A DNA stretch of 64,000 nt, taken from Octopus sinensis (taxonomy: Eukaryota). A program made the position numbers and the translations under genes. Within the stretch, counting starts at the first letter, position 1; the number at the start of each line of letters is the position of its first letter. The DNA lies in contig NC_043021.1 in NCBI RefSeq assembly GCF_006345805.1, positions 3,348,001-3,412,000 of the forward strand. The letters run 5' to 3'. A model generated the notes under the pieces. That model searched no databases. It worked only from the letters and a program-made list of their open reading frames with translations, and was not told the DNA's origin. Of the stretch, positions 24,201 through 30,523 are shown in pieces.

Positions 24201-26585
24201 ACTAGCTCAGCTGTTGATAGTAAAGCGAAGACTGGCTCAGCTGTTGATAGTAAAGCAAAGACTGGCTCAGCTGTTGATAGTAAAGCAAAGACTGGCTCAG
24301 CTGTTGACAGCAGTAAAGTAAAGACTGGCTCAGATGTTGATAGTAAAGCAAAGACTGGCTCAGCTGTTGATGGTAAAGCAAAGACTGGCTCAGCTGTTGA
24401 TAGTAAAGCAAAGACTGGCTCAGCTGTTGATAGTAAAGCGAAGACTGGCTCGGCTGTTGATAGTAAAGCAAAGACTGGCTCAGCTGTTGATAGTAAAGCA
24501 AAGACTGGCTCAGCTGTTGACAGCAGTAAAGTAAAGACTGGCTCAGCTGTTGATAGTAAAGCAAAGACTGGCTCAGCTGTTGATAGTAAAGCAAAGACTG
24601 GCTCAGCTGTTGACAGCAGTAAAGTAAAGACTGGCTCAGCTGTTGATAGTAAAGCAAAGACTGGCTCAGCTGTTGATAGTAAAGCAAAAAGTGGCTCAGC
24701 TGTTGATAGTAAAGCAAAAAATGGCTCAGCTGTTGATAGCAGTAAAGCAAAGACTGGCTCAGCTGTTGATAGTAAAGTGAAGACTGGCTCAGCTGTTGAT
24801 AGCAGTAAAACAAGGACTGGCTCGGCTGTTGACAGCAGTAAAGTAAAGACTGGCTCAGATGTTGATAGCAATAAGTTGAAAACCAGTTCAGATGCTGAAG
24901 TCAGTAAGGAGACAACTGACTCTAAAATCACTAAGGTGAAGACTGAATTAGCTGTTGGTATCAGTATGGTGGAAAATGGTTCTGATGTTGAAATTAGTGA
25001 GGTGAAAAGTAGCTTAGATATTGACATCAATAAAATGAAAGCTCACTCAGATGTTTTTATCAGTAGAATGAAAACAGAAGGTGGTTTGGGTATTCGGGTC
25101 AGTAAGGTAAAGACCAACTCAGATGCTGAAACCATCAGCAAGATGGAAACTAGTTCAACTGTCAGTTGTCATAAGGTGAAGACTGATCCAACTATCAGTA
25201 GCAAAAAGGTGAAGATTGACTCAACTGTTGAAGCCAGTAAGGTGAAGAAGGAACCGAGTGTTGGTAACGGGAAACAATCCACAGTCAAAAATGCCTATAA
25301 AAGACATTTGTCAAGTGAAGTTACATCTAATGAGAAAAAAGTCCGTGTAAATTGTAGTACTGACAGTCAAGACAGAAAGAATAGATCAAGCCCCGATGAC
25401 TGTCATCGGATAAAGAATGCTGTATATTTTGATATTTCCAGCAAGAAAGATTTGTCGTCTACCAACATTTCTTGTGGGAAAACTATCACAACAAAATCTA
25501 ACAGTTCATTTAAATATGTTGATAGTTCTGTTACTCTTAATAAGAACAAAAACGCAACAAATGTCAGCAACTCTAGTAAGAAAATACTCAGCACCTCCAC
25601 TTCCAGTGTAGTATTCTCTAAAGCTGATAGTTCCAGTAAAAAGATTCTATCTGGTGCTCACACTTCTGATGTAAAATCTTCATCTAAAGCCAACACATCC
25701 AATAAAGAGTTTTTGTCAAATGCTGACATGTCCAGGAACAAGATTTTATCTAAAGCTGACACATCCAGTAAAAAGGACTTATCTAGAGCTGGCACATCTA
25801 ATAAAAAGACTTCATCTAAAGCCGACACTCACAGCAACAAGACTTCATCTAAAGCCGACACTCACAGCAACAAGATTTCATCTAAAGCCGACACTCACGG
25901 CAACAAGACTTCATCTAAAGCCGACACTCACAGCAACAAGACTTCATCTAAAGCCGACACTCACGGCAACAAGACTTCATCTAAAGCCGACACTCACGGC
26001 AATAAGACTTTATCTAAATCCGATATGTCCACAAAGAAAACTTCATTGATAGTTGACACTTCCCGGAAAAAGACTTTATCTGATGCCAACATATCGATTA
26101 AGCCCGTACAAAATAATACTAACATTTCTAATAAGAAGACTTTGACAAATGCAAATGTTTCACAGAAGGAAAGAGCTGATACTACTGCCACTTCATTTAC
26201 TGGGGTGGTTCATCGAAGTGTTTCTGCCTCCAAGAGAGGCTCGGATGCTGTTAGAAAACCCAGTTCTAAAAAATGTAAGTTTTGTGAATTCACATCATTG
26301 AAAAGCTTTCAACTGATTAGGCACATGACTGTGAAACATGCCAAACAATACAAAGACTTCATTACAGAAAGAGAAATAAGAATTATAAAAGATGCAATTG
26401 TCAAGAACTCGAGAAAGGAGTATGTTTGTCCATTTTGCAAGCATTGTTGCAGCATTCGCACGGATTGTAAATTACACATATATCACAAGCATTTGCATTT
26501 AAAAACTCTGAAGTGCAGCCAGTGCATGTTTTTTACAAGGTTACCATTTCAGCTCGAACAACACCTTTCATTCCATTTGAAATAA
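18204..26585 (+). CDS. Large C2H2 zinc-finger protein (~2,793 aa, ~12 atypical fingers in N-terminal, central and C-terminal groups) with a giant S/T/K/D-rich tandem-repeat region; single coding exon
   Basis: Uninterrupted 8.4-kb ORF. Splice acceptor ttacag ends at 18188 and is followed by ACA-ATG-G at 18204. Fingers include CLICYKKFLRISSLKSHILWH, CTHCDFTADTYSLLAKHLKTH, CKFCEFTSLKSFQLIRHMTVKH, CSQCMFFTRLPFQLEQHLSFH. No TGEKP linkers. The frame is open back to the acceptor, so an upstream phase-0 coding exon cannot be excluded. Confidence 0.92.
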   Translation: MEDVKRSNIAEDSGNFSNSLLSVINKNAVNDTGNAANLPKIPVIVVSDSSDTEDSVPKRHLKFRMRINNSNEALFVILPKSIICLICYKKFLRISSLKSHILWHLHRDDVPSNNLCHSCKSNADISDCPSFKLIKKIMRNFLLSTIRKRQSLKNNSRSYRVDPNYDKVMITENTFTIENTTTETSSNNSHLDNNNSPTPSNTANNNKPKDLKDYKGNSIQDDLFKEKAVTSDQKERTTFDESSAVSDKLCVEPVIDSSEFMLVNGQYKCLSCSKDYTLNTINNHIMWHFHKGVDLCSKLHYISFSSGDTICPLVVQIINYLVSKEGKPIQVNWGKNNDGKIIFKVKLMKTATELNADTVVDNPISLTKKDNVPSFQSDSVTPPIAEYTINEPLVQDHSDSSDTQNSTCNSKAGSSHPTDKYLISECSNDTPTVCDKTDESLPLENDNQPVCKEMTEVTTAGTGGNNLHVQPVRKPDSSADVWSFYKCMVTGCNYSTLFPDNYLKHLKQLHENMHFYQCTHCDFTADTYSLLAKHLKTHTHPTEFLFPCGSSNCSYYTRVLSLLPKHFTSSHINCKKVLCKHCATEFTDLSQLLEHYHCNLLKSVKCSYCPARDTLRQRILHHLSLSHPGRPRQIIVSSQLVCSTKKQASGHVKLPTESTVKVMKETLISEQEQTAGFKTSCLSNDGTDDGDHRASEKYVNGLINPRNHTEELCKTGDWSNEQSETNGCSSELGGTSDYANEQCNGLSDFKQAQEQKGVKMKQLRKQKNRVKTKLKNSSKDISSIEGFNWSGESNGSCEQTYNNTAPVSNFINFDIAGRELDACLKICYEFLDQSLKCKLCFQTRKSTQEIHLHILQYHFHWYLWQCFKCKTNTYSLEEMHWHYQHKHRGLIICVKFLSLPQLAKGSDGRLCLQKEQKIVSEKSQKSKKSELYRQIRQHCVYEMVNSRNSKKEEDTANDKQRNKKLFIFLSDSQPLDEAEKIPDNDENTNNLAKGELDYEKNYKHKKLRKSSLNDKSHREIKKRKISSLLNESNIAIDTSNTDFKMEKTIKQGNNYNRNGLLLNVEKHLMVAQNSLPFRRGKKEKCLLHLRKETSLVNYTTWNQAFLTGNINTSFDNSCKMSSDPTVNNKKMKISPDTVEQSKEATGSDVKITIVKADSDVEISKVKTGSPVDNSKTRTGSPVDNSKTKIGSPVDNSKTRTGSPVDNSKTKTDSPVDNSKTKIGSPVNNSRTRTGSPVDNSKTKIGSPVDNSRTRTGSPVDNSKTKTGSPVDNSKTRNDSPVDNIKTRTDSPVDNSKTRTDSPVDNSKTKTGSPVDNSKTRTGAPVDNSKTRTGSPVDNSKTRSGSPVDNSKTKTGSPVDNSKTKTGSPVNNSKIRTDSPVDNSKTRTGSPVDNSKTRTDSPVDNIKTRTDSPVDNSETKTGSPVDNSKTRTGAPVDNSKTRTGSPVDNSKTRSGSPVDNSKTKTGSPVDNSKTKTGSPVNNSKTRTDSPVDNSKTRTGSPVDNSKTRTDSPVDNSKTRTDSLVDNIKTRTDSPVDNIKTRTDSPVDNIKTRTDSPVDNSKTRTDSPVDNSKTKTGSPVDNSKTRTGAPVDNSKTRTGSPVDNSKTRSCSPVDNSKTKTGSPVDNTKTWTDSPVDNTKTWTDSPVDNTKTRSGSHVDNSKTRSGSPVNNSKTRTDSPVDNSKTRTGSPVDSSKTRTGSPVHNSKTRSGSPVHNSKTKTGSPVDNTITRTGSHVDNSKTRTGSPVDNTKTRTGLPVDNSKTKTGSPVDNTKTRTGSPVDNTKTKTNLPVDNSKTRSGSHVDNSKTRSGSHVDNSKTRSGSHVDNSKTRSGSPVDNSKTKTGSPVDNTKTKTNLPVDNSKTRSGSHVDNSKTRSGSPVDNSKTRTGSPVDNSKTRTVSPVDNSKTKTGSPIDNSKTKTGSPADSNKVKIGSVADSNNTKTSSTVERNKVKTDSAVDSSKAKANLAVDSSKVKTGSAVDSKAKTGSAVDSKAKTGSAVDSKAKTSSAVDSKAKTGSAVDSKAKTGSAVDSKAKTGSAVDSSKVKTGSDVDSKAKTGSAVDGKAKTGSAVDSKAKTGSAVDSKAKTGSAVDSKAKTGSAVDSKAKTGSAVDSSKVKTGSAVDSKAKTGSAVDSKAKTGSAVDSSKVKTGSAVDSKAKTGSAVDSKAKSGSAVDSKAKNGSAVDSSKAKTGSAVDSKVKTGSAVDSSKTRTGSAVDSSKVKTGSDVDSNKLKTSSDAEVSKETTDSKITKVKTELAVGISMVENGSDVEISEVKSSLDIDINKMKAHSDVFISRMKTEGGLGIRVSKVKTNSDAETISKMETSSTVSCHKVKTDPTISSKKVKIDSTVEASKVKKEPSVGNGKQSTVKNAYKRHLSSEVTSNEKKVRVNCSTDSQDRKNRSSPDDCHRIKNAVYFDISSKKDLSSTNISCGKTITTKSNSSFKYVDSSVTLNKNKNATNVSNSSKKILSTSTSSVVFSKADSSSKKILSGAHTSDVKSSSKANTSNKEFLSNADMSRNKILSKADTSSKKDLSRAGTSNKKTSSKADTHSNKTSSKADTHSNKISSKADTHGNKTSSKADTHSNKTSSKADTHGNKTSSKADTHGNKTLSKSDMSTKKTSLIVDTSRKKTLSDANISIKPVQNNTNISNKKTLTNANVSQKERADTTATSFTGVVHRSVSASKRGSDAVRKPSSKKCKFCEFTSLKSFQLIRHMTVKHAKQYKDFITEREIRIIKDAIVKNSRKEYVCPFCKHCCSIRTDCKLHIYHKHLHLKTLKCSQCMFFTRLPFQLEQHLSFHLK
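21702..23945 (+). repeat. Coding minisatellite: 68 x 33-bp unit (ACTGGCTCACCTGTCGATAACAGTAAAACAAGG; peptide TGSPVDNSKTR)
   Basis: First unit at 21702, next array type begins at 23946; 2244 bp / 33 = 68 units in register. Confidence 0.95.
24111..24875 (+). repeat. Coding minisatellite: ~25 units of 30 bp (TGSAVDSKAK) mixed with 33-bp variants (TGSAVDSSKVK)
   Basis: 24111-24848 = 738 bp = 18 x 30 + 6 x 33, plus a final degenerate unit. Confidence 0.9.
25800..26020 (+). repeat. Coding minisatellite: ~6 x 33 bp (KADTHSNKTSS) with degenerate 11-aa flanking units
   Basis: AAAGCCGACACTCACAGCAACAAGACTTCATCT repeated in tandem. Confidence 0.9.
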
Positions 26586-27626
26586 GAATATTAGGAAAAC
26601 CAGAGTCTGGCATTGTTCAGTTGAGATTAAAAATGTAAAAAATCTTGTAAAGTAGCAAAGGGATGCAGCTAGGACAATCGAGAACTGTCTAGATGCAAAT
26701 ATCAAAATGTTTAGTTTTGTCCTTCCAGTTTCTAAGTTCAAAACTTACAGAGATTCTAAATGACAGTCGTATTTCTGCAGGGTCGAGGTTAGTTTAATTA
26801 GCTGGATATCTTCTCTGAAAGTGGCCTTATGCTTGTGTAATTTATAATTCACTTAAATATATTCAAATTATGAATAGGGAAAACAAAATATGAGTTTAGC
26901 TTTAAAAAAAATAAATTCATTTTCAGATCCAAAAGCTCTTCGAGGTTTTAAACAGTTCCTAGATCTGCACTTTGAGCTGTTTTGCTAAAGTACTGCTTTC
27001 TGGAATCTGAAGAGTTGATAGTGATCTCTGTAAGTGGGGGCGTGCTTAATCATATGAAACAAACATTATAAATGTCAGAATGCATATACAGAAAAATAGC
27101 TGAGATTTTAGGCTGAGCCTTGCTTCAGTAAAGAATTATCAGAGGTGTCGTTAAAATTATCAAATTTCTTCTCCCACCAAAATATGTCTTATTTTATGCT
27201 TCTCAATGGTCCATAAAGCTAGCTTTCAAGGTGACTTGTTTTATAAATGTAAATAATAACTAAACCTTCAACAACCAATATCCTCAGTTGATTTTATTCT
27301 GAGGGTAATAAAAGTGGTTGCTTTTGGACCATACAGAAAAGATACACTGAAAGTTCATGTTACTGGTTATTTTTTTACTGTGAGGGTAGAAACACCATAC
27401 AAAGGTTATGTAAATATTTGAGCAAACTGTGACCAGAAGTCACGTTTGATTCCAAGTTAAAACTATTTGCATTGCTTCCCATTGCCAAGAACTTGGATGG
27501 ACATTCCTTTACCAATTAGTGATCACAAAATGCAGTGTGAACATTTGGTATTCAGTTCATTTGTATGAGATTAATCTGTTTCATCAGTTGTATATTAAAT
27601 GTTCTCCTTGTTTATATTTCATAATG

Positions 27627-27632
27627 AATAAA
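27627..27632 (+). promoter_or_regulatory. Candidate polyadenylation signal of the zinc-finger gene
   Basis: AATAAA ~1 kb after the stop, followed by a T-rich tract; the intervening 1 kb is free of SINEs, as expected of a 3' UTR. Confidence 0.45.
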
Positions 27633-27744
27633 TCAGTATTTTCTTAATTTCTTCTCATTTTAATTTTTAAAAAAAGGTATCCTTCATTAACCATTTTTGC
27701 TGCAGAAATCAGAAATATTTACTCAAAAGAAAAAAAAAATTCAT

Positions 27745-28270
27745 TAAGGTGGCTGTGTGTTAAGAAGCTTGCTTCCCAACCACCTGATTCCAGGTTCAGT
27801 CCCACTGTGTGGCATCTTGGGGCAAGTGTCTTCTCCTATATAGCCTCAGGCTGACCAAAGCCTTGCGAGTGGATTTGGTTGATGGAAACTGAAAGAAGCC
27901 TGTCTATATATATATAGTTAATCCAAACATGAAAACACAACAATGCGAAGACATGGAACAAATATAGTATTATTGGACGCTCAGGAAAGAAAGAAAGAAG
28001 GAGGGGTTAATATTTCGAGCGGAGCTCTTTGTCAGAAACATAGGAAAAGGAGAGATCCAAAGAAGGGAAGACGGAGCGAAAAAAATCGCCAACGGTACAC
28101 ACGCAGTCGTGTGTGTTTGTCCCCTCCATCTCTTAACAACTGATCCCTGTAACTTAGCGGTTCAGCAAGGGACCAATAAAATAACAGGCTCAAAAAGTAA
28201 GCACTGGAATCGCTAGATTCAACTAAAAATTCACGGCAATGCCCCCCAGCTGCCAGGATGGATGCATCTG
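27745..28270 (+). mobile_element. Degenerate SINE family A split by the Penelope-type fragment
   Basis: 5' half to (TA)n at ~27915; 3' half from ~28100. Confidence 0.75.
27916..28095 (-). mobile_element. Same Penelope-type family as 9577-9700, with a decayed hammerhead at 28007-28040; inserted in a SINE microsatellite
   Basis: Reverse complement GTTT-CTGACAA-A-GAGC(TCC)GCTC-GAAA-TA-TT-AA; shares gttggcgattttttt and gagcgtc..taga flanks with the 9.6-kb copy. Confidence 0.6.
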
Positions 28271-28407
28271 TCTTTGTTTTCAGTTCAAATACCTCCAAGG
28301 TTGACTTCATTTTTGGGGGTTGATAAAATAAATAACAGTTGAATCGTGGAGTCGATGTAATTTACTTACCCTTCTTTTAAAATTGCTGGTTCTCTTGTGT
28401 CTGGGGA

Positions 28408-29120
28408 GATTCTTTATGTGAGCTTGTGTGTTGAAGCATATACTGTTGTGTCTGGGGAGAGTCGTTCTTTTTTAGTGCCTTATAATTTAACACACTCACC
28501 GGTAAAATTTCCATGCATTTACTTATTTATTTTTCTAAAGTTTTCATTGCATCTTGCAACCTTTTCAATATTTGTTGCAGAGCCAAAAACTACTGAAAAG
28601 GTTGGAAGACGCAACGAAAATTTTAGAAAAATAAATAATTGAGTGGGAATTTTACCGGTGAGTAAGATGGAAGCACTCCGTCGGTTACGACGACGACGAA
28701 GGTTCCGGTTGATCCGAATCAACGGAACAGCCTGCTCGTGAAATTAACGTGTAAGTGGCTGAGCACTCCACAGACACGTGTACCCTTAACGTAGTTCTCG
28801 GGGATATTCAGCGTGACACAGAGAGTGACAAGGCCGGCCCTTTGAAATACAGGTACAACAGAAACAGGAAGTAAGTGTGAGAGAAAGTTGTGGTGAAAGA
28901 GTACAGCAGGGATCACCACCCCCTGCCGGAGCCTCGTGGAGCTTCAGGTGTTTTCGCTCAATAAACACTCACAACACTCGGTCTGGGAATCAAAACCGCG
29001 AGTCTGCTGCCCTAACCACTGGGCCTCCATTACCGGTGAGTAAAAGAAGGCACTAAAAGAGAATGGCACTCCCCAGATACAACAGAATATGCTTCAACAC
29101 ACGAGTTCACATGAAGAATC
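28408..29120. mobile_element. Palindromic MITE (centre ~28580) interrupted by a SINE
   Basis: Left arm gattcttt..gtgtgttgaagcatat.ctgttgt.tctgggga..tagtgcct..actcaccggtaaaatt mirrors the right arm; SINE inserted with TSD ttaccggtgagtaa. Confidence 0.8.
28666..29029 (-). mobile_element. SINE family B
   Basis: 14-bp TSD ttaccggtgagtaa at 28652 and 29030. Confidence 0.9.
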
Positions 29121-29350
29121 TTGCAAACCAAATCCAAAAATGAAATAAAATTGCTGGCCTTCTGCCAAAAATTGTAAAGGAAAAAACCCAAGTTCCCAGA
29201 AAAGGGTGGTGGGGTTTTTTTTTTAAGTGTGAGTCACATTTTAATGATATTGGGAGTTTCGAATTTTGAAGATCTGACTTTCGGTCTAAATCGTTGTTAC
29301 ACGGCAGATGGTTGTTAAGGGAGCAATCTTGCCTCTCACAAAATAGAAAT

Positions 29351-29401
29351 GTTTCTCATGGCAACAGCAGACAAAATGAAAAAGGTGTTGCCCCGGGAAA
29401 T
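29351..29401. promoter_or_regulatory. Two RFX X-box-like motifs in a CpG-retaining island (candidate promoter)
   Basis: GTTTCTCATGGCAAC (29351-29365) and GTTGCCCCGGGAAAT (29387-29401) approximate GTNRCC-N0-3-RGYAAC. Confidence 0.35.
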
Positions 29402-29586
29402 GCGCTGGAACAGCCACTTTGACTCACGGAAATCTCTGCTCCGTTAGCGGTGAGCAGAGAACGCCGGAGGTCTCAACTGTCACAGGCTCGACCATAAACC
29501 CATCGGAGAGCGACCGGATACCTTGACAGTTTACTTTTCTGCATCTTTTTAATCCCGGTTGCAGTGACTTCCTTTAACTTTTTTCG

Positions 29587-30523
29587 TTTAATGTTTACAA
29601 CTTACCCGGAAACGAAAATCAGAAAAAAAAATAGTGCAATGGGTGTAGGAAACGAATTTGAAAAAAAAAAGAAAAAAACAATTGCGCGCAAAACAACGGG
29701 AGGGTGGGGAGAGGACCTCGGAAAATTCCCGAATCCGAGCTTTTTCCCTTGTAACTTTTAGGAAAATTGGGGGGTTTTTTTTTTCAATGAACTTTTTATA
29801 GAAAAACCTTTCAAACGACATACATTACAATTATAAAGAAATTTGTGGGTAAAATCTTTTCCAAGGGAGAGGACTTCGGGAAATTCACAAGATCCGATTT
29901 TTTCCCTCATAACTTCTGCACAATGACATCTTAAAATATGTATAAAGAAAGGGGGTTGATGCAGTTTCGCACCTCGTCTTCAAAGGTGCAAAGATTTCTT
30001 CGGATTCCTAGTTATAGTAAAGGTGCACTTGTAAAAATTTAACGTGCGTGTCTGTATATATATATGTATGTGTGTGTGTGTGCGTGCGCGCGTATACATA
30101 TGTGTGTGTGTATATATATATCTATGTATGTATATATGTATCGCTTTCTCTATAGAAAGAAATAAAAAGTAATAACGACGGAAGGTTTAAAAAAAGCGTA
30201 AAAATAATTGAAGATAAAATTAAACAAAATTGAAGCTAAAACATCAAAAAAATATTGAAAGTGGGCAGAAATAAACACTACTTACTGTTTTTAACGAGGA
30301 AAAATTCTTGGGAATTTTCCGAAAGTCCTCTCCTCACCTCAAGATTTTCCACACAAATTACTTTATAATCGTAATGTATGACGTTTGAAAGGTATTTATA
30401 TAAAATTTCACTAAGAAAAAAAAACCCCATTTTCCAAAAAGTTACAAGGGAAAAACTCGGATCTTGTGAATTTTCCGAGATCCTCTCCTCGCCTCGTTTC
30501 CGGGTCAAGTTGTAAACATTAAC
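29587..30523. mobile_element. Foldback/MITE-like element with long imperfect inverted arms (about 29587-29895 and 30300-30523)
   Basis: Termini gtt(t)aatgtttacaac / gttgtaaacattaac; arms align as reverse complements with internal cggaaaattc subrepeats. Confidence 0.75.

Noticed and set aside
21688-24813. Multiple alternate-frame ORFs (LAHLSITVKQG, YCYRQVSQSLF, YYQQLSQSLL repeats)
   Set aside because: Frame-shifted readings of the same tandem units, broken wherever a variant creates a stop
21494-25030. 1,178-aa hydrophobic antisense ORF (LLLSTGEPVFV repeats)
   Set aside because: Shadow of the sense coding minisatellite: a stop-free unit repeated in register gives a long antisense frame. It has no domain or independent signals.
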